Positions 55,270-64,000 of a stretch of 64,000 nt of DNA are shown here, in pieces (the stretch's first letter is position 1; each line of letters begins with the position of its first letter). Position numbers and translations under genes: made by a program. Origin of the DNA: a virus (Duplodnaviria; Heunggongvirae; Uroviricota; Caudoviricetes); the IMG/VR virus record IMGVR_UViG_3300037510_000134; one strand, given 5' to 3'. The notes under the pieces were generated by a model. It had not been told where the DNA came from. It saw only the letters and a program-made list of their open reading frames with translations, and did no database searches.

Positions 55270-56510
55270 TCCAACAAACTGACATCGAATGTCTCTTCCA
55301 TAATACCATTGGCAATGTCTAGAGTTACTAGGAAATTGAAGTCTGGTCCATGCCTATTCTTTCTACAACACATTTCTAATAATAATGTACCATCATTCTG
55401 CTCATGCTTAATAAGTGCCAAACACAAGTCGACGTCGAATACCGCTTGTTTTGATTCGGCATTTTCATAAATCTGCGGTGGAGAGTTGTATTCTTTTGCT
55501 TCATTCATACTGGCTGCCGCAACCATTACAATTGGAACTGTATTAGTCATAGCTAGCGACTTAACTTCTTTTGAAGTATTACGAACTCTCTCTGTTGAAC
55601 CACTAGAATTACGTCTATCGGCCATTAGTTGTAGATAATCGACAATTACAATGTCAGGTGCATATTGATCAATCTTTGCTTGTAAATGGGCAGGACTAAA
55701 ATCACCCATTCCGTCAGAGGCCGTGACAATAAACGATCCGTCTGAATTGAATTCTTCCTTCGTCCAGAGCTTTACAGCTTCAAGATCTACCATCGCCCGC
55801 GATAAAGCTGACATGCCGAACATTCCTTTTGACATAAAAGTATATGCTCTATCTCTGACTGTTTCTGGTGGAATCTCCAGAGATACATATAGAACCTTCT
55901 TACCCTGCCTCCAAGCATTAATAGCCAACTGTAGTGCGAACCATGATTTACCCTGACCAGTTCTAGATAAAATGGCGATGTATTGTCCTGGTGCTAATCC
56001 AGTAGGATAGTTTGCATCAATAGAATCAAAGCCTGTTCTAATACCAAGAACCCCGCCATTTTCTTCCATAAGCCTACGACGTTCTACATAATGTTCGCTA
56101 GCCTTATCAGCATCGGTGATATCTAAGTCTCTGATACTATTACTAATAGCAGCAAGGTCCGATAACCTAGAGCTTGCAGCAGTTACTAACTCTTCCGCAG
56201 ATACTTTGCCTAGATCTTTGGCTAGACCAACAGCGATACGTCTAAGTGTAGACTCAATGTATTCTGCTCTCAACTGCTCAAGATAATGCTTAACGTTACC
56301 TGTAGTATCTACTAATCCAATGTCTGGAAAGTTTTCTAGGATGATGTCCGCTGGGATTACTGAACGGTATTTGTAATAATAGTCTTTCATGAATTGCCAC
56401 ACATCGGGATGATCCATGAAAAGCCTATCTACTTCATGTTCATTTAGAGCGGGGGCAATATCTTGATTCTTAATAATCGCCGAGATAACTCTAATCTCGT
56501 TGAGCATCAT
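55266..56510 (-). CDS. dnaB: DnaB-family replicative helicase
   Basis: Walker A ILSRTGQGKSWFALQLA, Walker B IVIVDYLQLM, RecA-fold C-terminal domain; 414 aa. Confidence 0.85.
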   Translation of the reverse strand: MMLNEIRVISAIIKNQDIAPALNEHEVDRLFMDHPDVWQFMKDYYYKYRSVIPADIILENFPDIGLVDTTGNVKHYLEQLRAEYIESTLRRIAVGLAKDLGKVSAEELVTAASSRLSDLAAISNSIRDLDITDADKASEHYVERRRLMEENGGVLGIRTGFDSIDANYPTGLAPGQYIAILSRTGQGKSWFALQLAINAWRQGKKVLYVSLEIPPETVRDRAYTFMSKGMFGMSALSRAMVDLEAVKLWTKEEFNSDGSFIVTASDGMGDFSPAHLQAKIDQYAPDIVIVDYLQLMADRRNSSGSTERVRNTSKEVKSLAMTNTVPIVMVAAASMNEAKEYNSPPQIYENAESKQAVFDVDLCLALIKHEQNDGTLLLEMCCRKNRHGPDFNFLVTLDIANGIMEETFDVSLLE

Positions 56511-56841
56511 TTCCGTATTGTCTCCTAAATTCCATTACATTCTTTTGTGTTTGTTGAAGAAGAGCTTTTCTCTTTTCCAGATCCTTAACTTCTTCATTCA
56601 TTTTATCTAAAACTTCATCGTACTCATAACAGAAATGTAACAATGACGGACTTCTATCTGTTCTTATATAAAAGTCAATTAGCTCTTTAAGCTCTTTCAT
56701 TGAAAGATCGCGTAAGGCATTTAAGATAAGATACTGAAGTTTGTTTCGATTCACTACTGGCTTACGATTAAACTTTTCTTTGTATTTGGTCTGATAATAT
56801 GAAATTATTGCGTGAGCCTGTTTACTTTGTTCCTGGGTCAT
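56491..56841 (-). CDS. hypothetical protein (116 aa)
   Basis: ORF track. Confidence 0.3.
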   Translation of the reverse strand: MTQEQSKQAHAIISYYQTKYKEKFNRKPVVNRNKLQYLILNALRDLSMKELKELIDFYIRTDRSPSLLHFCYEYDEVLDKMNEEVKDLEKRKALLQQTQKNVMEFRRQYGNDAQRD

Positions 56842-57049
56842 CCTGGAATCCCTTTGCCCAATTTTCCAACTTTACTTCTAGTAAGCCTGTCAGTCTATCA
56901 ATTGCTTTTGACGCCTTCCCCTCATCTAGATCTCTTACTCTATCTTCAACCCAGAGAGTCAGTTCAGCATGATTGTAGTCACCCAAATTGATTTTTGCCT
57001 CTAGTCTAGCGCCTACTTTAGTTACCGGCTCTTGTTCACTCATCCGCAT
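56822..57049 (-). CDS. hypothetical protein (75 aa)
   Basis: ORF track. Confidence 0.3.
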   Translation of the reverse strand: MRMSEQEPVTKVGARLEAKINLGDYNHAELTLWVEDRVRDLDEGKASKAIDRLTGLLEVKLENWAKGFQDDPGTK

Positions 57050-57329
57050 TCACCTCATTTTCCTTTTCATATATAAACCCATATTGTCTTGATTGAGAAT
57101 CAGTATCTAGATGTTCATCCGCTGACTCTTCTGTATCAAACATTTTAGCAATCTCAATCCACTTCTCAGCAACATCAATTAATAGATATGCATTGTCTTC
57201 TTTAATTGCCTTTTCGGCTGCTTGATCCAATAAGGCCGATGCTTGGCTCAGCGCTACAGAGATGTCAAGGACCTCATTTTGTCTTACTGGCCTGTACTTT
57301 AACTTCTTCTTACTCATATCGCCCGCCAT
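57036..57329 (-). CDS. hypothetical acidic protein (97 aa)
   Basis: ORF track. Confidence 0.3.
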   Translation of the reverse strand: MAGDMSKKKLKYRPVRQNEVLDISVALSQASALLDQAAEKAIKEDNAYLLIDVAEKWIEIAKMFDTEESADEHLDTDSQSRQYGFIYEKENEVNADE

Positions 57330-57796
57330 ACCTTGACGAACTCTCCATCTTGATTTCTAACATAATAAGAGGCATCCTCTCGCATCCTGCTAAGCAACTC
57401 TGCTTTACTCACCAATTTAAAGTTTACAAATGGTTCACCATATTTGTTTTTAGGCGCCATATCGAATATTGCTTCCCGCAAATCTAGTACATCTTTTTCT
57501 GACCACATCCATTTACCAGGCTTTTTGTTTTTAATACTATATAGCCTACCAGAGGGCGGATCAACTAGATTACGCTGTATATATGACAATATATGTGATT
57601 TACGTTTTCCAATAAGTTTCGATACTTCATCCAGATTGAAAGCCTTGCTGGCTTCTTTTCTCACCGACGAATAATTGAATCTCATTCTACGTTCATCTTC
57701 GTACGACCAGGCTACTACATAGTTTTCACTTTTCACAACTCTGATCTTTTTGTATAGCTTTTTATCTAGATAGAAGTAATTAGGAACTAAGTCCAT
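57314..57796 (-). CDS. hypothetical protein (160 aa)
   Basis: ORF track. Confidence 0.35.
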   Translation of the reverse strand: MDLVPNYFYLDKKLYKKIRVVKSENYVVAWSYEDERRMRFNYSSVRKEASKAFNLDEVSKLIGKRKSHILSYIQRNLVDPPSGRLYSIKNKKPGKWMWSEKDVLDLREAIFDMAPKNKYGEPFVNFKLVSKAELLSRMREDASYYVRNQDGEFVKVWRAI

Positions 57797-57974
57797 TTAG
57801 ACCGCGCTCCCTTCTCCTTTCCATCCTATTTATGGCAATAGCTGTTGGATGGGTTCTATGGTATTCCCAATGATTTCCACAGATAAGACATGATAACTCA
57901 ATATGGCCAAAGTTCGAATATATCCTATCTACTACTACAAATCCTCCACATCTATTGCATGGTTTTAATTTCAT
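57780..57974 (-). CDS. zinc-ribbon protein (64 aa)
   Basis: CNRCGG...CLICGNH pairs. Confidence 0.3.
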   Translation of the reverse strand: MKLKPCNRCGGFVVVDRIYSNFGHIELSCLICGNHWEYHRTHPTAIAINRMERRRERGLNGLSS

Positions 57975-58786
57975 TTCTCTCCCTTATTGCATGCAACTAA
58001 GAATGTACCGTTACTAGATCTAGCCAAGACGTTACCATTACGTGTTGTTACATTAAATACAGATTCATTTATTTCTTGCTTATACCATCCAGCCGCTGGA
58101 GTAGGATTAACTAATCCGTCAGTGGTGATTGAGACCACCCTGCCGGCGTATCGCGTATAGTTTTTTACTCCAACTCCGGCACGGGGACCGATGTCGAATA
58201 TCATATCTCTTATTTCTAGATTGCTCAAGTGGACGGTTTTCATCCAATTCTTAGCCGGGAGTAACTTATTCCAGTGAAAAAATGTGTCCAACCAAACTTG
58301 AGCTTCGTAGCCACCTAAATCAGACACTATATGTTTTATATCCGCCCGTGCCCAACGATAAGAAGCCATTGTCGCCGCCAGTCTGGCAGACCATTTTAAA
58401 TCATCTATCTCCACAGTTGTTTTATAAGGTTCAAATAAAGCATGAGCTAACACTGCTTTATTTTTACCGGCCTCTAGAGAAAACATAAACTTATCTTTTA
58501 TAGGTACACGATCTAGTACTTTATGTCTTACATTCCAAATTAAAATTGGATGATCTGGTGTAAGCAACTGACGCATTGATTTCGAGTTTATACCAAATCC
58601 CATACAACGCCTATGTTCTATCTCTATGCTTTGAATTGAATCGTATTCACAAACTCCCCTGTCAGGGTTGAATGAAATAACTTTCTCACCTAAGTAAAGA
58701 TCATCTACGAATAAATATCCGAACTCAGTCCAAATGCGCGTTGCTTTGGTTGATATCATGCAGCAAAGCGCTTTCCATCTACCCAA
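57971..58786 (-). CDS. hypothetical protein (271 aa)
   Basis: ORF track; no motif recognised. Confidence 0.35.
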   Translation of the reverse strand: MGRWKALCCMISTKATRIWTEFGYLFVDDLYLGEKVISFNPDRGVCEYDSIQSIEIEHRRCMGFGINSKSMRQLLTPDHPILIWNVRHKVLDRVPIKDKFMFSLEAGKNKAVLAHALFEPYKTTVEIDDLKWSARLAATMASYRWARADIKHIVSDLGGYEAQVWLDTFFHWNKLLPAKNWMKTVHLSNLEIRDMIFDIGPRAGVGVKNYTRYAGRVVSITTDGLVNPTPAAGWYKQEINESVFNVTTRNGNVLARSSNGTFLVACNKGEK

Positions 58787-59508
58787 GCCACATGATCTTT
58801 AATTCTAATAAGATTCACATGTGGCACATTATTGTCAATGTGTACAACAGCAAATGCCTGTTGCCAATCAAACGTCGTTTGATATGTATGTTGTTTGGTA
58901 TCGGTCATATGACCAATTTCGTACCCTTCAATCTCCATTTTAGCTAATGGATAGCTCTTGTAAAAGGACCCCGCTCTATGCGAGTGACCCCGGATTAATG
59001 GTACCATATAATTTGAAATATCAGCTCTAACAGACTCTACTGAGTGTTTGCTAATAGATTCTCCATGGTGTACAAATATACCACCTAAACGCTCTACTGG
59101 TGGCAATTCATAATCATGCCATTGAAATCCAGCATTAGATAACCCGTAGAGAGTTTCTGGAGTGATATATTCTAGGGTATTCGGAGCCTTCTTTTCTAGG
59201 TAATTTCTGTGTCTATAGAAATCGTGATTTCCGCCATGGAAATGTTTATCTTCTGCTTTTTTGGCAAGGGTTGATACTTCAAACAGAAACTCCTTTACTA
59301 ACCCCGCCCCCTCTTGAATACTAGCGGACTCAGCAGGAGTTCCATCTACCCATCTGCCTGAGCATTCGGCATCATCTAAATCACCGGCAAAGTCAATAGT
59401 ATCTGGCTGAAACCATTTTACTACTTTCAAAAATAATTCTACTGTTCGTGGATCGTGCTTAGGAAAGTGAATATCCGATGCTAAGATCCACTTGTTATAA
59501 TCTGCCAT
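58756..59508 (-). CDS. calcineurin-like metallophosphoesterase (Mre11/SbcD-type fold)
   Basis: Motifs DIHFP, FAGDLDD, GGNHDF, GHSHRAG in canonical order. Confidence 0.65.
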   Translation of the reverse strand: MADYNKWILASDIHFPKHDPRTVELFLKVVKWFQPDTIDFAGDLDDAECSGRWVDGTPAESASIQEGAGLVKEFLFEVSTLAKKAEDKHFHGGNHDFYRHRNYLEKKAPNTLEYITPETLYGLSNAGFQWHDYELPPVERLGGIFVHHGESISKHSVESVRADISNYMVPLIRGHSHRAGSFYKSYPLAKMEIEGYEIGHMTDTKQHTYQTTFDWQQAFAVVHIDNNVPHVNLIRIKDHVAWVDGKRFAA

Positions 59509-59574
59509 CTCTACCTTTCTGTAGAACCCGGTCTGACCAGGTGTTAAACAGTCTACAGGCGCAATACGCGCCTG

Positions 59575-60012
59575 TCAACTCTTAGGGGCAATAGCAATAA
59601 AACCACACCATTGATCTCCACCTGCAAATTTAGTAGGCCCACCTGGATCTCTAAACTGCGTAAAATGACATAGGAATCCTCTATGATCGGGCACTGCTCT
59701 ATTATCTAAACCTCTGAATGTACATATGTAATTCATAGCATTACCTGAAGTAGGACTTCCTGCTATAACAGGTCTAGCACCAGGTAGAAAAGGTCTACCA
59801 TAATAGAAGCTTGAGAAAAAGGAAACCTCTTCCGTATTAATCGCTCTTACATATCCAGAACGTAATTCCAAACCTGAGTCACGAACTACTCCATAAACAT
59901 CATAATATGCAGTTACCATATTCTGAAACAGCCAGTCATCATTACCAACCATATCATTCAATTTATTTGTATCAACTGGTTCGTATCCCCAGTTCAATCT
60001 TTTATATACCAC
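59575..60012 (-). CDS. hypothetical protein (145 aa)
   Basis: ORF track. Confidence 0.35.
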   Translation of the reverse strand: MVYKRLNWGYEPVDTNKLNDMVGNDDWLFQNMVTAYYDVYGVVRDSGLELRSGYVRAINTEEVSFFSSFYYGRPFLPGARPVIAGSPTSGNAMNYICTFRGLDNRAVPDHRGFLCHFTQFRDPGGPTKFAGGDQWCGFIAIAPKS

Positions 60013-60463
60013 TTATTGGCACTCCTTCCCTATGAAATAATAATTCATCTTGTGATACAAGTATAGCAGTATTGGAATCGAATCCCAATACACCAAAGAA
60101 ATCTGGAGTGGCAATCAACCGTCTTTCCGTTTCCAAGGGTTGAGATCCAGTAATAAACCAAAATTGCCCATCCATTGATCTAAGCAATGTTCCTGGAGCA
60201 AAACCAACTTTCTTCCATATTTTGTAGTTAGACAAAGATTTATCTGTAGCCCGGATATATGGTTTTCCCCAAGACCAGAATGCTCTTTCAGATATAAATT
60301 GCATTTTAGTTTTCTCTAAAATAAGCCAATAATTGTCTGTCTTAGCAAATGTCCATTTAGGATATGCAACTGATTTAGTTGGGGGTGACCAACCCACCGT
60401 GGAGGTTTGAACTTTCTGCTTGTGACGAAACACGATATTCTTCCAATTCTTTTTGCAATTCAT
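60002..60463 (-). CDS. hypothetical protein (153 aa)
   Basis: ORF track. Confidence 0.35.
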   Translation of the reverse strand: MNCKKNWKNIVFRHKQKVQTSTVGWSPPTKSVAYPKWTFAKTDNYWLILEKTKMQFISERAFWSWGKPYIRATDKSLSNYKIWKKVGFAPGTLLRSMDGQFWFITGSQPLETERRLIATPDFFGVLGFDSNTAILVSQDELLFHREGVPISGI

Positions 60464-60620
60464 CTATGATTAGATCTCTTTGTTCTATTATCCTGTTAAG
60501 CTTTTTTATAGTACTATCATTATCTGCTAATCTTAATTGTTCTTCAGATAATCTCGTCCTATAGAATTCTACCATATCTACTAGTTTTTGTTCACTAACA
60601 CTTAACTGATTTTCGTTCAT
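60375..60620 (-). CDS. coiled-coil protein (81 aa)
   Basis: Heptad-like charged/Leu-rich sequence; possible fibre assembly or chaperone partner upstream of the tail fibre gene. Confidence 0.3.
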   Translation of the reverse strand: MNENQLSVSEQKLVDMVEFYRTRLSEEQLRLADNDSTIKKLNRIIEQRDLIIDELQKELEEYRVSSQAESSNLHGGLVTPN

Positions 60621-60628
60621 ATCCGTCC

Positions 60629-63600
60629 TTATATTAATTCAAATGATATGCTATCAAACCCTACGGCTCCTGCCGTACCAGCTCTATAAATTTGTACCTG
60701 ACCTGCATTTGCACCATCAGAAATACCCAAAATTTGAACTACCGGAGTTTGTCCTGCGGTATCCGCTGAAACAGCTATGTGCTTTCTTCTAGCGGGTCTA
60801 TATCCTGTTGGTAATGTAAATATTGCAGTCCCATCTGTTTTTGTTCCGGCAACTGTTACACCTCTTAATCTTACGGTTCCATCAGGTTGCTTTTTATATC
60901 CTGGCGGGTCAAACGCCCCGACGCCGGTTACGTTCCAACTGTTCTGTAGTGTTGCCGTATGCCATGTTTCTTCAGTCCATGGAGAAAACGATCCCGCCTT
61001 AATATAACCAGTTCCATCATCAAACAAGACAGACGGAGCGCCAATTTGTGTTGATCTAAGTACGATTCCTTCTCCGTCCACAATGTGAAATGAAGATCTG
61101 CCTGATAATCCAGTATAGCCTATGTCCAAACTTGTGTTATCACAGATAATGCGATACTGATCTCCTCCAGGAGCCGTAAATTTTACTTCTGGTTCCCCTA
61201 ATACGTCAACGTTAATATCTAACGTTCCACCTGATCCTGAAACCTCAAACTGGCCGCGAACCGCTACATCATTGAACTCAGCAGATCCATCAGCTTCAAT
61301 AGTCCATCCAGTTGTACCCGCTACATAACTTGCTGATCTGACATATGAATTTTCTAATGTATTATTACCTACAATCAGCGTACCGCGAACCAATGCATCT
61401 CCAATTTGCATATTGCCCGCCGTATTAATGGACCATGCTGGTTGACCAGATACTGTTGGCGAAGACGCACTAGATCTAATTGATCCGGTGACAATTTGAC
61501 CGCCATCAATTGTAGTTTTTGAAGGTGGACGCCATACTCCCGCTGTTGTAGCTCCTGTTATTTTACGCTCTAACTGTAAGCCATCGATAAGGAAGTCATA
61601 CCCGGTATTTGCTACATCTGGACCAAACTCTAAGTAAGTTTTTACCTTTGTAACTCCAGAAGGAACGACAAGCTGCGCTTCAAATCTAGTCCAACTTGTA
61701 CTATTAACAGTTACAGCAGAACTTATGATAGCAGACCCGGTATCTGGATACAACCCAAACTTTACCAAGGCATTTACAGATCCATTTTTCTTAAAATAAC
61801 CGGACATGATATATGTTCCAGGACTTACATCTGTATTTACTCCCGTTGCTGAAAGACCAGATGGTGCAAATATAAGATCATGTACAGTTGGATTAGTAAT
61901 AACTGAGTTTAGTACTCTTAAAGATTTGCTGCTAAATTTAGCCGTACTAGACAAACTAAGAGTCATTGTGCCAACTGTTGACATTACAGTAGTATTTGCA
62001 GTTCCACTAGTATGGTAATAGTCGTCATTAGATTCAAAATCCGCAAAAGGAGGAGGCATTATATTTGCTGAATCTTGTAATAGAAGAGCCGCAGCAGATA
62101 TTGTGCCACCATATATAACTAGACCAGTTTCATCAAGTGACCAGCCCGTATCTGTACCATTCCAGTTACTTGATCTAACATGACCTCCCGTGCCCATTGT
62201 CAATGTACTCTTGACACTTAGGTTGTTTATGATACCTGTGCCCGCCGTTATTTTATTCGCCTCAAGGTCATTAATTTTTGCTGACGTAATTGTCGCATTT
62301 CCTATATTCGCATTTAGAATAAGACCAGGCAAGGCTGTAGCCTGATTAGATGCAGTAGACTTATTTTTAGATCTATCAACGGCTATAACCTTCCAGTACA
62401 AGTTAGAAATAGAATCTGTTGTTGGAAAGTAAAATACTCCTGAAACAGCTATTCCTTGAGCAGCTACATCTATCGTTCCGCGCAAAGTTGAGCTACTAGG
62501 AGTAAATCCCGTAGATGTGCTTGCATGAACCTCTAGATATATAACGTCTGCTTCTAGATTTCCTCCACCCTGCTTTGTCATATCATGAGATACTTGAGCG
62601 GCTAGTGTTGCTGTAGAAACTGTTGGAGCAGAGGGTTGACTTGGAGCAGTTGTGTCGGCTGCGGTAGAGATTGGATATGTCCCAGCATTTGTATATGTTG
62701 ACTTAACATTAGCATAAGACATCGACGCTACCTGTACATAATAATTTGTACTTGGCAATAAGTTCCTAATAGTTGCACTAGTTTGGCCAGTAGGAACAGT
62801 TAGATAAATCCAAGCAACTTGATCAGTGCTATAGCGTACTACATAGTCACTTAAATTTGAGCTACCTACAGACGACCAAGAAACTGCTATATTTGAACTC
62901 CCATCGCTATCTGCGGTAGTGCTTACAGTAACTGTTGATGGCGCAGAGGGCGCTGTCAAATCTATACTTGCAGAGTTTAAAGGTGCAGCATTTGCTGACG
63001 CAAAGTTGCTAGAGACTTGATCAAATACGTCCACTGCCTGTATCTTAAAGTAGTGCGTGACGAAGTTTGATGATGTGAATATAAATGATGTTGCAGATCC
63101 AGTATAAATTAAATTAGATGGTCCTGGAGTAAATCCAGAACCAGATGTTGACATATATACTTTGTAATATTTAAGATCATCATCTGAATTTGCATTCCAT
63201 TTTAAAGATACGGCGTTGTAAGCTGAACTGGCTACAAAGCCGGTAACGTCTGCTGGTACTGCATTGCTGGCTGAATCGGTAGCTGCTACAGATAAATTAC
63301 CTGATAAGTCTCTAGCCTGAACTGAGATATCTACAGCAGGTTGCGGAGTCCCAAATGAATTTCTATTTACTTCTATTGGAAAATCAAACTTTTCTTGAGT
63401 TACATAATATACTACTGTTTGAATGCCAGCTGTTAATGTAACCTTGAAGTCTTTAAAATCCTTTAAGTCTAAACCATTTGAATCTAATAATGGCTTAGTC
63501 CATGTTGCTACAAATGACGTTCCTACTACATCCCAGGCTAAACTTGTTACTGGATCTGGAGCAATTGTATCACTGGTCGTTGTATGTTCAAATGCCGTAG

Positions 63601-63691
63601 ACCAGGCAGAAGTTTTGCCAGTAGCTGATTTCGCTCTGGCCTGAAAAATGTATTTTTGTCCCGGATCAAGCTCCTTAAGTAAAATTTCCAT
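60629..63691 (-). CDS. tail fibre / receptor-binding protein with Ig/FN3-like repeats
   Basis: 1020 aa; very Ser/Thr/Gly-rich with repeated beta-rich modules in the N-terminal half; globular C-terminal domain; typical distal fibre architecture. Confidence 0.55.
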   Translation of the reverse strand: MEILLKELDPGQKYIFQARAKSATGKTSAWSTAFEHTTTSDTIAPDPVTSLAWDVVGTSFVATWTKPLLDSNGLDLKDFKDFKVTLTAGIQTVVYYVTQEKFDFPIEVNRNSFGTPQPAVDISVQARDLSGNLSVAATDSASNAVPADVTGFVASSAYNAVSLKWNANSDDDLKYYKVYMSTSGSGFTPGPSNLIYTGSATSFIFTSSNFVTHYFKIQAVDVFDQVSSNFASANAAPLNSASIDLTAPSAPSTVTVSTTADSDGSSNIAVSWSSVGSSNLSDYVVRYSTDQVAWIYLTVPTGQTSATIRNLLPSTNYYVQVASMSYANVKSTYTNAGTYPISTAADTTAPSQPSAPTVSTATLAAQVSHDMTKQGGGNLEADVIYLEVHASTSTGFTPSSSTLRGTIDVAAQGIAVSGVFYFPTTDSISNLYWKVIAVDRSKNKSTASNQATALPGLILNANIGNATITSAKINDLEANKITAGTGIINNLSVKSTLTMGTGGHVRSSNWNGTDTGWSLDETGLVIYGGTISAAALLLQDSANIMPPPFADFESNDDYYHTSGTANTTVMSTVGTMTLSLSSTAKFSSKSLRVLNSVITNPTVHDLIFAPSGLSATGVNTDVSPGTYIMSGYFKKNGSVNALVKFGLYPDTGSAIISSAVTVNSTSWTRFEAQLVVPSGVTKVKTYLEFGPDVANTGYDFLIDGLQLERKITGATTAGVWRPPSKTTIDGGQIVTGSIRSSASSPTVSGQPAWSINTAGNMQIGDALVRGTLIVGNNTLENSYVRSASYVAGTTGWTIEADGSAEFNDVAVRGQFEVSGSGGTLDINVDVLGEPEVKFTAPGGDQYRIICDNTSLDIGYTGLSGRSSFHIVDGEGIVLRSTQIGAPSVLFDDGTGYIKAGSFSPWTEETWHTATLQNSWNVTGVGAFDPPGYKKQPDGTVRLRGVTVAGTKTDGTAIFTLPTGYRPARRKHIAVSADTAGQTPVVQILGISDGANAGQVQIYRAGTAGAVGFDSISFELI

Positions 63692-64000
63692 TAAAGCTCC
63701 AAAAGATATTCTATGTCAAGTGGTACGCCTGGTAACTTTTCCTGTGGCGTTGTTAGTACAACTCTAGATAGCAAATGGCTTTCGTCTGACAGAGGTAGTT
63801 CGTATCTAAGACCGTCAAGAGATGCAGTACCTCCAGAACCCCCGGCGACCATAGAGACTTCTATCTGTTGAATATTGTCCCATGATGGACTTCCGGTTGC
63901 TACGAAATCTGATTTCTGTGCAGAGCCTATATGATAACCATTAGTAACAGACCATCCATTATACTCATAATAGTTACTATCATCTACTTTAAATCTAGTC

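Noticed and set aside
1-64000. Search for CRISPR arrays, integrase/attachment sites, transposases or long direct repeats
   Set aside because: No regularly spaced repeats, no tyrosine/serine recombinase motifs and no IS-like ORFs were seen; the only mobile elements are the free-standing HNH endonucleases.

Overview
This window is a gene-dense, almost entirely minus-strand segment of a large lytic phage genome with a T4-like gene repertoire but a bacterial-type replicase. I found no CRISPR array and no integrase or transposase; the only mobile elements are four free-standing HNH homing-endonuclease genes.

What is in the window:
- T4-like auxiliary genes at 0.3-8.5 kb: dCMP deaminase, a SpoU-type RNA methyltransferase, T4-type polynucleotide kinase-phosphatase, an Rnl2/Rnl5-like RNA ligase and a small nucleotidyltransferase.
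- rIIA-like (GHKL ATPase) and rIIB-like genes at 18.4-21.3 kb, identified by similarity to T4 rIIA/rIIB.
- A replication and recombination module at 45-59 kb: DnaE-type PolIII alpha, DnaB helicase, DnaG primase, a gp32-like SSB candidate, dUTPase, UvsX/RecA-like recombinase, a Cas4-like nuclease and a RuvC-like resolvase.
- The large terminase subunit at 39.7-41.5 kb, followed by a sugar epimerase, methyltransferase and glycosyltransferase cluster.
- A serine/threonine-rich 1020-aa tail fibre at 60.6-63.7 kb.
- About 24 tRNA genes between 13.2 and 38.1 kb, all on the minus strand. They are interleaved with the HNH genes, an SPFH/prohibitin-like protein and more than a dozen very small Cys-rich or zinc-ribbon ORFs, most of them below the 60-aa cutoff of the ORF track.

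The observations I rate highest in the hunt:
- An extended RNA repair and modification island at 0.77-8.45 kb.
- Two tandem tRNA-like elements at 22.8-23.0 kb with a permuted arrangement (T-arm, then acceptor 3' strand, then a short linker, then acceptor 5' strand, then D-arm).
- Two tRNAs with Leu anticodons but class-I architecture.
- A macro-domain protein.
- A secreted HExxH protease plus LamG-domain protein pair.
- A trio of tandem paralogues with a YYASYDGSDW motif.
- A repeated 14-nt motif upstream of two metallothionein-like mini-ORFs.

All tRNA calls and anticodons were folded by hand and need confirmation with tRNAscan-SE or ARAGORN; coordinates may be off by a few nucleotides.
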